Positions 48,209 to 57,829 of a DNA stretch of 64,000 bases are shown here, piece by piece (within the stretch, counting starts at the first letter, position 1; every line of letters begins with the position of its first letter). The DNA comes from Polyangiaceae bacterium (GTDB lineage Bacteria; Myxococcota_A; Polyangia; Polyangiales; Polyangiaceae), in assembly GCA_033763455.1 (NCBI GenBank), contig JANRKO010000027.1, positions 28,604-92,603 of the forward strand. The letters run 5' to 3'. The notes below the pieces were generated by a model. That model did no database searches, was not told the DNA's origin, and saw only the letters and a program-made list of their open reading frames with translations. The translations under genes and the position numbers were made by a program.

Positions 48209-48218
48209 CCTTGCTTTA

Positions 48219-50522
48219 TCAGAACTCGCAGTTAGCGGGCTTCGTTGTCGGGAGATCCGTTCCGGAGGTGAAGTCAACCGTCAAGTCTGAGTTACCAGGC
48301 GCGGTGCCGAGGGCGCTTGCCGTGTTGTTGCCATCACAGTTGAATGTGTCAGCCAGCTGGTCGCCTTCGAGAACGTCGTTGCCGTCACCACCGGTGATGG
48401 CGTCCGTGCCGTCGCCACCGATAAGAGTGTCGTCGCCCTCGCCGCCGTAGATGGTGTCTGCAGCGCCCATGCCGCTGATGTAGTCCGCGCCAGCACCACC
48501 AGTAATGGTGTCAGCCGCGGCGCCACCGATGATGCGATGAGCTCCGGTGTCGACAACCGTAACGGTATTCGCTCCGGCACTGCCGAGGACGTTCGCGGCT
48601 TTAACGGTATCAGACTCGTCGTAGTTTGCCTGAAGCGACCAGCTGAACCCTGCAGAATCCGTCGCGAAGCTGGTGTTCGGGCTAGCGTCCACCACACAAG
48701 CCGTGGCGCTTGAGCAGCTGACGATCTTGTAGCCTTTTGGCCCTGAATCGTCCGTGCCTCCGGCTGTGCCCGAAATCACCAGGTACAGACCCGCAGAGTG
48801 TGTGGTCGACATGTTAGCGAGACCAGTAACCGTGGACGCGTCACCGCCGGTCCCAGCAAGGGTCAGTACCCCGGTGGAAGCAGTGGTTGGCTGAATGGTG
48901 CGAACGTGGGCGATTTCAGTGAAGGTCGCCGGGCTGCTCGTTTCACCGACGTACCCAGTGTTGGCGCTCACATCGATCACAACGCTCGTAGCACTCACCC
49001 GGCTGGTGATCTTGTAGGTGCCGTTGTGCCCGCTAGCCGTCGCGCCCGCAATCGTTAGGTACCGACCAACAGCATCTGTGGTCATGCCAGCGAGGCCCGT
49101 CACGGTGGACAATCCCGAGGCGGGGACTCCAAGATCGCCCGAGCTCAACGCCGTTGGGCCCTGGTACGTCACGGAGGTGCCAGCCTGGTCACCGCTGCCA
49201 GCGGTCGAGCCGCTGGAGTCAATCTTTACCGTGAGCGCCGTGGTGCGAGCGCTGTAGTCCACCGTAGCTTTGGCACCCGTGAAGGTATCATTGCCGTCGC
49301 CTGTAGAGTCCGAACCCGTACCACCGATGAGCGTGTCAACGCCCGTGCTGGTGGAGCCAGTCAGGATATCGTCGCCCGGGCCACCCTTGAGCGTGTGCTT
49401 GAGCAAGCTGCCTGCCGCCGAGATAGTATCATCGCCATAGCCACCAATCACAGTGGAAACCGTGTCAGGTATCACCATACCCTCACCCGATTCGCCGTTA
49501 GCTGTCGTGGCCGTGGTAGCGAGGGTGACGGATACATCACCAGTACGCTGACTGAAATCGACAGTATCGTTAGCATACACACCGGCAAGGCTGTAGACGC
49601 TGATTGTGTCGAAGTTGCCCGAACCAGTAGCACCCTGAGCCACGTTGCCCATCACGTACGTGTTCGCACCAGCTCCACCGCTCATGGTGTCGCCGCCGAG
49701 GTCGCCGCTCACGAAGTCGTTACCAGCACCACCGGTAAGCACATCGGATCCAGGGCCACCGAACATACGAATCGCGAAGGGATAAGCTGCCGCTGTCCCG
49801 AAGGTGCCATCTGCCACGATCTTGTCGGCGCCGGGCCCGCTCGAAACGATGACGTTGTGTACGTTGGTCAAGATGACGTCTGGCACGGAATCCAGAGGAG
49901 CCGTGGTCCCACCGTTCATGTTGAAAAGAAATGGCCCAAGCGTCGCGCCCGTGATAGCTCCTGTGCCCTTGCCCAGGTAGAAGGCGTCAGCCGCGTTCGA
50001 ACCGCGAACCTTGAGGGTGTTGCTCACGTTCGTACCGTTTCCGAGGTTGATGGTGATGGCGCCGGCCGTGCCGGTCGTCTGCTCACCGAAGACACCATTC
50101 ACGAAGTCGAGGATGACTGAGCGAGAATCGTTCGCCATGACCATCCCGTTGGCCACAATGGAGATGGTCTTGCCAGTGGGGAATTGACCCGGGAATGCTG
50201 TCGTCGGCGCAAGCGCCAATTGGCAGTTCTCGGTAGCAATGCCGTTAACCAGCACCATATTGTCCGAGGGTCGCAGCGTAAGGTACGCTGTTTCGCCGTT
50301 GTTCAGGGCAATCGTGATACTGGTGGATCCGTCCGCGCTTCCACCGGTGCAGGCACCAGAATGAAGGAGGGTGGCTGCGGCTTCCGCGATATCCACTCCC
50401 GGGTAATCCTGGGGTGTGGGCGCTGCGGCGGCCGGGGCTTGGGGCGAATTCGCCGAACATGATGCCAGAGCAACCGCTCCGAACACCGACATTGTGGTTT
50501 TTAGAAGAGGATGTTTGATCAT
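48219..50522 (-). CDS. RTX/hemolysin-type Ca-binding repeat lipoprotein (paralog B)
   Basis: Lipobox LASC; GGxGxDxL repeats; collinear with paralog A (EDAYPG/QDYPG, IPDTVS.VIGG, VLEGD, F.CDG.N, CEF end). Confidence 0.87.
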   Translation of the reverse strand: MIKHPLLKTTMSVFGAVALASCSANSPQAPAAAAPTPQDYPGVDIAEAAATLLHSGACTGGSADGSTSITIALNNGETAYLTLRPSDNMVLVNGIATENCQLALAPTTAFPGQFPTGKTISIVANGMVMANDSRSVILDFVNGVFGEQTTGTAGAITINLGNGTNVSNTLKVRGSNAADAFYLGKGTGAITGATLGPFLFNMNGGTTAPLDSVPDVILTNVHNVIVSSGPGADKIVADGTFGTAAAYPFAIRMFGGPGSDVLTGGAGNDFVSGDLGGDTMSGGAGANTYVMGNVAQGATGSGNFDTISVYSLAGVYANDTVDFSQRTGDVSVTLATTATTANGESGEGMVIPDTVSTVIGGYGDDTISAAGSLLKHTLKGGPGDDILTGSTSTGVDTLIGGTGSDSTGDGNDTFTGAKATVDYSARTTALTVKIDSSGSTAGSGDQAGTSVTYQGPTALSSGDLGVPASGLSTVTGLAGMTTDAVGRYLTIAGATASGHNGTYKITSRVSATSVVIDVSANTGYVGETSSPATFTEIAHVRTIQPTTASTGVLTLAGTGGDASTVTGLANMSTTHSAGLYLVISGTAGGTDDSGPKGYKIVSCSSATACVVDASPNTSFATDSAGFSWSLQANYDESDTVKAANVLGSAGANTVTVVDTGAHRIIGGAAADTITGGAGADYISGMGAADTIYGGEGDDTLIGGDGTDAITGGDGNDVLEGDQLADTFNCDGNNTASALGTAPGNSDLTVDFTSGTDLPTTKPANCEF

Positions 50523-50928
50523 GGACGTACCTATGGCTCTCAATTGCAATGTGGCGAAGAAGCCACGTGTTGTTTCCCGCTGGTCGCCGTAAGTAGTTGG
50601 TAACGTCTGGCGCCGCGTGGGGTTGAACGGGCAGCGCCACTTCCAACTTTAACCAATCGGGCTATGAGCTCTGCGCAACGCAAAAAACCATGTGCAAGTC
50701 GTCTCAAGGTGAGTCGAACACTAGGCAATAAAAGCCGCAAATTTGGCCCATGCGCACGATCAACCACCAATCTCGCACAGCCGTACATCCCGATCCGAGA
50801 CGTACAGAAACGCAGCCGCTTGGGGCCCACGGGCCGAACTGCTGGTTACCAACTAGCCATGTTCGGACTCACAGAGTCAATGAACGAAAGCCTTAAGTTT
50901 CATCGAAGATATGAATTAACACCGCCCA

Positions 50929-52395
50929 CTAAAGCTCGGCCTCAAGGCGGTCGCAGAGCGCGCGCAAGACTTTTATCCGGGAGTAAAGCTTGTCGTTACT
51001 TTCCACCAGCGTCCACGGACAATACTCCGTACTGGTACGCTCCACCATCTCCGAGCTTGCGAGCTCATAAAGGTTCGCTTTGTCCCGATTTCGATAATCT
51101 TCGCTGGTAATCTTGTATTGTTTATAGGGGGTAAGCTCGCGTTCCTTGAAACGTTTGAGCTGCTCATCGGCGCTAATGTGCAACCAAAATTTCAATACAA
51201 TGATCCCATTCTCGGTCAATTGCTCTTCAAATGCGTTGATCTCTTGGTAAGCACGCCGCCACTCCGCTTCACGCGCAAAGCCCTCCACGCGCTCCACCAA
51301 TACTCGCCCGTACCAACTACGGTCGTAGATCGTGAAGCGTCCGCGACGCGGCAAGTGCCGCCAAAATCGCCACAGATAGTGGTGCGCTCGCTCCTCATCG
51401 GTGGGAGCCGCAATCGGGATCACGCGATAAATCCGCGCATCGAGCGCACGCGTGATGCGGCGAATAGCCCCGCCTTTGCCCGCCGCATCTCGCCCCTCAA
51501 ACACTAGGATCACGCTGCGCCGCTTCGACGTGAGCTTCCGGCTCAGCCGATTGAGCCTGGCCGTGAGCGCCTCTAGTTCCTCATCGTATTTCGGACGTGT
51601 GAGCGACAACGAAAGGTCAAGTTTATCGAAGATAGTCACCGGATCTTCGGTGGCTGGCGGCGGCGGCAACGCCCGGGGAAGCTTAGGAGCGGCAAGGCGT
51701 TCGCGAATAGTCGCCAAAATGTGCTGTCCCGCAAACACGTTTCGGAAGTTTTCGTCGGTGCTTTCCACGATGGTCCAAGCCGCTTCCCCCGTGCTCGTTT
51801 CCCGTAACGCCCGGCTGCAAATTGAAACAAAGTGATCGTACAGCTTGTGGTGCTCCCAATCCTCGGGGCTCACCCGCCAACGCGTAAGCTTGTTCTGTTC
51901 TAGCTTTTTGAAGCGGCGCTTCTGCTCGGCTTTGCTTACGTGCAACCAAAGCTTGATAATAAGGGTGCCATCGGCTGTAAGGGATTCTTCGAAAGCCTTG
52001 ATGCGTATGAGCTCAGCCTCGTACTCTCGCTCATTGGTCTTTCCGTAAGCGCGATCCAAGATCGGCTTCGTGTACCAAGAGCCAAGAAAGATACCGATGC
52101 GCCCCCGGGGTGGCATCCACATCCAAAACCGCCAAAAAGGGGGCCTCTCTCTCTCCTCCTCGGTAGGTGGCGCGTACGCCTCGGTGCTGATGTAACGAGC
52201 ATCCATCCACTCGCAGAGAAGATTCAAAAGCTCTCCCTTCCCACCACCATCCACTCCGTTGATCAGAATCACGACCGGGAAATCCGCATTCTGAAGCTCC
52301 TGTTGAACGGCGAGAAGCTGAGCGCGCAACTCCTCGGCCATGGGCTTGTAGTCAACTTTAGCGATCTTGCGGCCCAGCTCAGCTATTTCAAACAT
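50929..52395 (-). CDS. pap: Two-domain PPK2, polyphosphate:AMP phosphotransferase
   Basis: Two PPK2 domains: GVDGGGKG/FWRFW and FEGRDAAGKGG/YLWRFW/DRSWYGRVLVERVEG; start ATG 52395 (MFEIAELG). Confidence 0.92.
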   Translation of the reverse strand: MFEIAELGRKIAKVDYKPMAEELRAQLLAVQQELQNADFPVVILINGVDGGGKGELLNLLCEWMDARYISTEAYAPPTEEERERPPFWRFWMWMPPRGRIGIFLGSWYTKPILDRAYGKTNEREYEAELIRIKAFEESLTADGTLIIKLWLHVSKAEQKRRFKKLEQNKLTRWRVSPEDWEHHKLYDHFVSICSRALRETSTGEAAWTIVESTDENFRNVFAGQHILATIRERLAAPKLPRALPPPPATEDPVTIFDKLDLSLSLTRPKYDEELEALTARLNRLSRKLTSKRRSVILVFEGRDAAGKGGAIRRITRALDARIYRVIPIAAPTDEERAHHYLWRFWRHLPRRGRFTIYDRSWYGRVLVERVEGFAREAEWRRAYQEINAFEEQLTENGIIVLKFWLHISADEQLKRFKERELTPYKQYKITSEDYRNRDKANLYELASSEMVERTSTEYCPWTLVESNDKLYSRIKVLRALCDRLEAEL

Positions 52396-52729
52396 AAAGG
52401 ATCCGAGGTGCACCTTGCCCCGGCAGCTTCCAGACGGGAACGGGAGCCGCACAACTTTACACGATGGTCGACGCCCTGCAGGTACTCCAGACGCGAACGC
52501 TCCCACCGAGGACACCAAGCGGAGCACGACTAGTTCCCGAGCAGCCGAGGTACTTGTCATGCTAAGTATCCAGATGTCCGCTGCTCCTGCCCCGGCTCAC
52601 CCTACGCACGAGCCTTCCAACGAGCCCGCTGAGAGCCTGGGAATACGCCTCTCCCCTGCGACGTTTCCCCAAGAGGCGATCTGTTCCTATGGCAATGGTA
52701 CCATCGCGCAACCGCCGGATCGAAATCAC

Positions 52730-53374
52730 GTGGCTCCCTCACCCTCTGCAAGAAGCCAGCCTCTGCGCTCCCGTGCCACTCTACCCGTAATATTCGGAGC
52801 CTCGCTCCTTCTGGCTTCGAGCGCACAGGCAGACATCCAGACGAGCGTGGATGAAAGTGGAGTGGTCAGCATCAGCAATTCCCGGCGCGCGCGCCGTGTT
52901 TCGGATCCCAGGCCCAATATCGTCATGCCAGGGGATGATTCGCCCGAGCGCCATTCCCGCTACGAAGGCCCCATTCGCGAAGCTTCGCGCCTCTATCAAA
53001 TCCCCGAGCCGTTGATCCGCGCTGTGATCAAGGTTGAAAGCGATTTTGATCCGCGGGCTGTGTCGCCAGCGAATGCACAAGGCCTCATGCAGCTTATTCC
53101 GGCGACGGCGGAGCGCATGCTCATCACGGATGTGTTCGAGCCGCGTCAAAATATCCTCGGTGGAACACGCTACCTGCGCATCTTGGCCAATCTATTCAAT
53201 GGGGATCTGCAGCTCACCGTGGCCGCATACAACGCTGGCGAAGGCGCCGTGATGCGTTACGGAGGCATTCCCCCGTATCCAGAAACGCAAGCCTACGTGA
53301 GCCGTGTGGTGGGGTATTACCAAGAATATCGCCTCCTGCCTCGGGATACGGCAGGAGCGGCGAGTGCACCCTGA
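52730..53374 (+). CDS. Lytic transglycosylase (SLT) with N-terminal DUF4124-like segment
   Basis: AVIKVESDF, AQGLMQLIP, AAYNAG, PPYPETQAYV; signal peptide ending AQA; start uncertain (52559-52730). Confidence 0.9.
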   Translation: MAPSPSARSQPLRSRATLPVIFGASLLLASSAQADIQTSVDESGVVSISNSRRARRVSDPRPNIVMPGDDSPERHSRYEGPIREASRLYQIPEPLIRAVIKVESDFDPRAVSPANAQGLMQLIPATAERMLITDVFEPRQNILGGTRYLRILANLFNGDLQLTVAAYNAGEGAVMRYGGIPPYPETQAYVSRVVGYYQEYRLLPRDTAGAASAP

Positions 53375-53483
53375 GTCCTCAAGCTTGCCGCTGTCACTCT
53401 CACGCAGCGGGAAAGTAGGTCCCGCGTTGGCCCAGCGAAATTCGGCTTAGCACCGTGCGATTGTGGTGCCACAATGCCTAGAG

Positions 53484-54059
53484 ATGACGTCGCCGGCTCA
53501 CCACATTCAATACAACTTTGGGGACTACCTTGCGCTGGAAGCGTCTAGCAACGTCAAGCACGAGTTTTTAGAAGGACAGATCTACGGGATGGCGGGGGGG
53601 ACACCGGAGCATGCTGCTTTGAAGGCGGCGGTCACGGGCCTCCTATTCTCACAGATTCGTGGGAGCCGGTGTCGTGCGCACGACGCGGATCTGCGGGTGC
53701 GCGTGTTGGGAACCGGCCTGGCTACCTACCCCGACGTAACGGTGGTTTGCGGCCAGTCGGAACGCGACCCCGGTGATGCGAACGCGATCACGAATCCCAC
53801 GTTGATCGTTGAAGTTCTAAGTCCCAGCACCGAGGAGTACGACCGAGGCGACAAGTTCGAGCATTACAAGCGCATCCCCACGCTCAGGCAATATGTGCTC
53901 ATTTCGCACAGCGAGCGCGAAATCGAAGTGTGGTCGCGCTCTCCCGCTAACGACTGGACGCGAGCCGTAGCGAGGGCGGGCGGTCGAGTCTCGCTCGACG
54001 CAATCGGGGCCGAGCTCAGCGTGGATGACGTCTACGACGCCGCCGCTGAGCCCACGTAA
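53484..54059 (+). CDS. Uma2-family PD-(D/E)xK endonuclease-like protein
   Basis: KHEFLEGQIYGMAGG, YPDVTVVC, PTLIVEVLSPSTEEYDRGDKFEHY. Confidence 0.93.
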   Translation: MTSPAHHIQYNFGDYLALEASSNVKHEFLEGQIYGMAGGTPEHAALKAAVTGLLFSQIRGSRCRAHDADLRVRVLGTGLATYPDVTVVCGQSERDPGDANAITNPTLIVEVLSPSTEEYDRGDKFEHYKRIPTLRQYVLISHSEREIEVWSRSPANDWTRAVARAGGRVSLDAIGAELSVDDVYDAAAEPT

Positions 54060-54110
54060 GCCGGGAGCAACCGCAAGGACTAGCTGAGCCTTTCCTGCCA
54101 ACCCGTCAAC

Positions 54111-55115
54111 TCATTCCGAACTCAATACTTCATGATCCAGCAGCCACTGCACTAACGACTGCTCGTTCAGATTTTCGTTTATCGTCGCACTCACAGGCTT
54201 CGTGCACTTTTTCTGAGCATTCGCCAGCTGTTCGACTAACGACACCGTCGACACAGACCTTCCCGCGTTCTCGAGAAACAGGTAGCTTTCTAGAGGGATC
54301 TGAATAGCATCAAGCTCGTTGTAACTCACGAGGGACACGCTCTGCTCATCCTTAAGCACCCGCAGGCCACGCGCTAACCGCACCCTTTCCGGCACGCTGA
54401 AAGGAACAAGATCAGCCATGGCTCGCTCAAGTTCACGCGAACGCCGCTCCCATGGTTCACCCAGAATCGCGGGGAGCTCGTGCGGCACGAGGCCGCGCAC
54501 GGCCTGCGAGGTGCGAATGAAGAAAGCTTCCGGAGCTGCCGTAAAATCGCCTTCCCTTGCTGCAATGCTCTGCGCCCAGGGAGCGAGCTTCTGCTCCATA
54601 AGTGCCAAAAACGCGCCGAGCTGGCGCCAAAACTCATAGTGACGCGCATTCTCGAACTTGCAGAAGAAGCTCGTGCAATCGCTTTCCCGATGGGCCCAAA
54701 TGCTGCACCCACCCCCATCAATACTAGAATCATAGTATGGGCAAAGCAGCGTCTCATCCCGGCCAAACGCAGTGGTGCGTATCGCATGGAACCGATCCAT
54801 CCATTCCGCGGTTGGCCCGAGGCCAAGCGGCGTGCATTCGACTCCCTCGGCGATTTTTGCTCGCACCCTGCGTTGCCCCTCGGTGAAACGCCCCGAGGTA
54901 TCACTCAGCAGGCTGCCCACGAGATAATTCGGCAGCTTAGGCCAATAGGTACAACACTTAGTACTCGGCAAAAACGGCGCAACGTACGGATCCTGCGGCC
55001 CGTGGCACATCGAACAGTGGCTGCAATCCGCCCGTGACTCCTTGAGCTCTAAGTTCGCGAGATCTTCAGATAGAAGCGCCGAGTAGATCTCTGGAAGTGA
55101 GCCTCCGAGCGCCAT
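54111..55115 (-). CDS. YkgJ/FliB-like cysteine-cluster protein with C-terminal winged-helix-like tail
   Basis: CSHCSMC..KCCTY..LCPYY..GCSIWAHRESDCTSFFC; ends SLVQWLLDHEVL; TAATG overlap with the WYL gene. Confidence 0.7.
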   Translation of the reverse strand: MALGGSLPEIYSALLSEDLANLELKESRADCSHCSMCHGPQDPYVAPFLPSTKCCTYWPKLPNYLVGSLLSDTSGRFTEGQRRVRAKIAEGVECTPLGLGPTAEWMDRFHAIRTTAFGRDETLLCPYYDSSIDGGGCSIWAHRESDCTSFFCKFENARHYEFWRQLGAFLALMEQKLAPWAQSIAAREGDFTAAPEAFFIRTSQAVRGLVPHELPAILGEPWERRSRELERAMADLVPFSVPERVRLARGLRVLKDEQSVSLVSYNELDAIQIPLESYLFLENAGRSVSTVSLVEQLANAQKKCTKPVSATINENLNEQSLVQWLLDHEVLSSE

Positions 55116-56203
55116 TAAGCCTTGGCCTTGCCCTTCTTCACCGTCGAAGATGCTGGCACTCCAGCATAGCGCGCTAGCGCGCCCTCCAACTCAGCTTTCA
55201 CGCGTTCCACGAGCTCCTGCGGCTCCACCACCACGGCGCGTTTACCCCATTCGAGCACCCAGCTAACGACCGAGTTCAGATTTCCCACGACCATTGTGAG
55301 GCGCACTCCTCCCCCCGTAATGCCTGCCAGCTTCTGGGTGTTGTGAACTTTGCGCATACGCACGTATTCGGCGGCATGTTCGTCAAAATCGATCACCACC
55401 TTTTGGCGCGTTTCGCTCTTCCAAACCCCAAATTCTCCCTGAAAGAACTCGTCGATATTGAAGTCCTGAGGAAGCTCGAAGTTCTCGGTGTAGGCACATT
55501 GCGTATCCCGCATCCTATCCAGCACGAAGGTTCGCACCTCGCCGCGCGCAACGTGGTAGCCGACGCAATAGATAGAATCCCGATGCAACACGAGCGCATA
55601 AGGGTGAATAACAATCCGCTCTTCGCTCCCACGCTGCCCACTTCGGTACGAGAGAGCGAGTGGACGCAGATCGGATACGGCCTGAAAAAGGTCATCCAGC
55701 TCTTCGGTCTTTTCACCGTAATTTTTAGGTGCGTAGGGCAAATAGAGAAAACGCTCTTCAAGCCTAGCGTCCGCAATTCCAGCATTTGGGCCACGGCCGG
55801 GCCTTTGTGCAAACGCCCTCAACCGATCTGTTGCTAGCGCAATCTCGTCAAATAGGGCCGAGCCTCGCATCGGCTCGAACAAGCGCCGTGCGGCCAGAAG
55901 CGCGTAAATCTGCGTGCGCCTGAGCTCCACCTTTCGCGGGATCTCGCCCGCTCGCACGCTCCAGAGCGCTGGGCCTCCACCGCGGCTCGGCTTAGATTCT
56001 AGGTCGTACTCTTTCTGCACCTCTTTGAGGTAACGCCGCATAGTGCGGGGCGTCACCTTGAGAGCAGCGGCCATGTCGTAAAGAGTGATACCACGCGGGT
56101 TGCGCTCAAGAAGCTCGCGTAGCTTGTCGATGCGGCGATGCTGCGTGAAGCGCCCGGCGGGCCTGCCACGGGGAGCGCGTTTAATGCGAGACGTCTCGGC
56201 CAT
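55115..56203 (-). CDS. HTH-WYL-WCX transcriptional regulator
   Basis: N-terminal HTH (MAAALKVTPRTMRRYL); WYL domain (IHPYALV..IYCVGY..EVRTFVLDRM); WCX domain (WVLEWG..VVEPQELVERVK). Confidence 0.93.
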   Translation of the reverse strand: MAETSRIKRAPRGRPAGRFTQHRRIDKLRELLERNPRGITLYDMAAALKVTPRTMRRYLKEVQKEYDLESKPSRGGGPALWSVRAGEIPRKVELRRTQIYALLAARRLFEPMRGSALFDEIALATDRLRAFAQRPGRGPNAGIADARLEERFLYLPYAPKNYGEKTEELDDLFQAVSDLRPLALSYRSGQRGSEERIVIHPYALVLHRDSIYCVGYHVARGEVRTFVLDRMRDTQCAYTENFELPQDFNIDEFFQGEFGVWKSETRQKVVIDFDEHAAEYVRMRKVHNTQKLAGITGGGVRLTMVVGNLNSVVSWVLEWGKRAVVVEPQELVERVKAELEGALARYAGVPASSTVKKGKAKA

Positions 56204-56307
56204 TGTCGAGCGGAGCCTAACTTATGCAAGAGGCGAAAGGGGAGCCCTGCTGCAGGGATCGCACACAAATGCGGCCTTCCCCAGACATTGCGGATAAAAT
56301 CGCAACA

Positions 56308-57615
56308 ATGCTCATGAATCCAGTCCGACTCCTCACAGAAAAGCGCAACGGCATGGCCCACGCCCCCGCCGATATCGCGGCCTTCATCCGCGCGTACACG
56401 CGAAACGAGGTGCCAGACTATCAGATGAGCGCGTGGCTCATGGCCACGTACCTCAACGGACTCAACGAAGGGGAAACGGTAGCGCTGACTCAAGCCATGC
56501 GGCATTCAGGCAAAGAGCTCTCTTTAAAATCTGTAGCCGCGTTCAAAGTAGACAAACATTCCACCGGCGGTGTTGGCGATAAGATCACGTTGTGTTTGGG
56601 ACCATTGGTGGCCGCCTGTGGCGTGGCCGTTCCCATGGTAGCGGGGCGAGGCCTGGGGCATACGGGTGGCACTCTCGATAAGCTGGAAGCCATCGCCGGG
56701 TATCGCGTGGATATCAGCGCACGGCGATTCGCGCAGATCGTGAAGCAAGTGGGCGTCTCCATCATGGGGCAAACAGCCGAGATCGCTCCCGCAGACAAAC
56801 GCATCTATGCGCTCCGCGACGTGACAGCCACCGTTGAAAGTATTCCGCTCATTGTCGCGAGCATCCTTTCGAAGAAGCTCGCCACGGATTCCGATGCCTT
56901 GGTGATGGATGTAAAGTGCGGCAGGGGCGCTTTTATGCCTAATTTGAAAGCTGCCAAGACCCTAGCTCAGATGCTGGTGAAGGTGGGGCAAGGCGCGGGG
57001 AGAAAAGTCTCGGTGCTCATCACGGAGATGTCGTCGCCCCTCGGGCTGACTATCGGTAACGCATTGGAGACTCACGAGGCCATCGACGTACTTCACGGCA
57101 AGGGGCCAACAGATGTGGTAGCGCTCACGCTGGCACTCGGTGCGCAAATGTTGCTCGTTGCGGGTGCCGCAGCGGATCAGAAGTCCGCCGAGGCTTTGCT
57201 AAGAAAACAGATCGACAACGGACGAGGCGTAGAGGTGTTTGCTCGTATGGTCGCGGCGCACGGCGGGGATGCGCGGGTCGCGGAGCGACCGGAACTGTTA
57301 CCAAGGTTGAAGTCGCCCTTCGTGGTGCGCGCGGAACGCTCCGGAATTGTGGGAGCCATAGACTCGTTGGAGCTCGGGTTGATCTCGGTGGAGCTAGGCG
57401 CCGGAAGAACACGAGCCGATCAAAACGTGGACCCCAAAGCGGGCATTGTGCTCGCGAAAAAGCCAGGGCAAAGCGTGAAACGCGGGGAACCATTGGCCTT
57501 TTTGCATTCAAGCTCCAAAACAAAAGCAGAACAGCTCGCACCTCGAACGGCGCGAGCTATCCCTATTCAGCGCGGTGCGCTCCGGCTTCGAAGGCTTGTG
57601 TTGGAGCGTCTGTGA
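56308..57615 (+). CDS. pdp: Thymidine/pyrimidine-nucleoside phosphorylase
   Basis: DYQMSAWLMA, DKHSTGGVGDK, GRGLGHTGGTLDKLEAI, ILSKKLA, DVKCGRGAFM, LGAGR. Confidence 0.93.
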   Translation: MLMNPVRLLTEKRNGMAHAPADIAAFIRAYTRNEVPDYQMSAWLMATYLNGLNEGETVALTQAMRHSGKELSLKSVAAFKVDKHSTGGVGDKITLCLGPLVAACGVAVPMVAGRGLGHTGGTLDKLEAIAGYRVDISARRFAQIVKQVGVSIMGQTAEIAPADKRIYALRDVTATVESIPLIVASILSKKLATDSDALVMDVKCGRGAFMPNLKAAKTLAQMLVKVGQGAGRKVSVLITEMSSPLGLTIGNALETHEAIDVLHGKGPTDVVALTLALGAQMLLVAGAAADQKSAEALLRKQIDNGRGVEVFARMVAAHGGDARVAERPELLPRLKSPFVVRAERSGIVGAIDSLELGLISVELGAGRTRADQNVDPKAGIVLAKKPGQSVKRGEPLAFLHSSSKTKAEQLAPRTARAIPIQRGALRLRRLVLERL

Positions 57616-57789
57616 ACCCCGGGAGCGGCTCGTAAGTACACGTCGCGACGCTTGCCACGCTCGTTCATATGATCTGCTCTGGTCAGCTACAGCCTCGGGA
57701 GCAACGTCAGCAATTCTGGCAAGGAAATGGCTTCGACGTTGGCCGACACGGGGTAGCGAGCCTCACAACGGAGCCGGCGCGTCAGAGTC

Positions 57790-57822
57790 AGGTCGCGGAC
57801 GCACTCGCTACGTCCGCGACCT
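57790..57822 (-). terminator. Hairpin after pstS
   Basis: Perfect 12-bp inverted repeat AGGTCGCGGACG-N9-CGTCCGCGACCT, 7 nt past the pstS stop. Confidence 0.65.
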
Positions 57823-57829
57823 CCCAACC

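Noticed and set aside
50523..50928. Sigma-54-like GG/GC motifs upstream of RTX paralog B
   Set aside because: The candidates have 9 or 11 nt between GG and GC rather than the required 10.
57687..57749. 20-codon ORF (VSANVEAISLPELLTLLPRL) after the pstS hairpin, possibly a pstC remnant
   Set aside because: Too short, with no recognisable PstC sequence.
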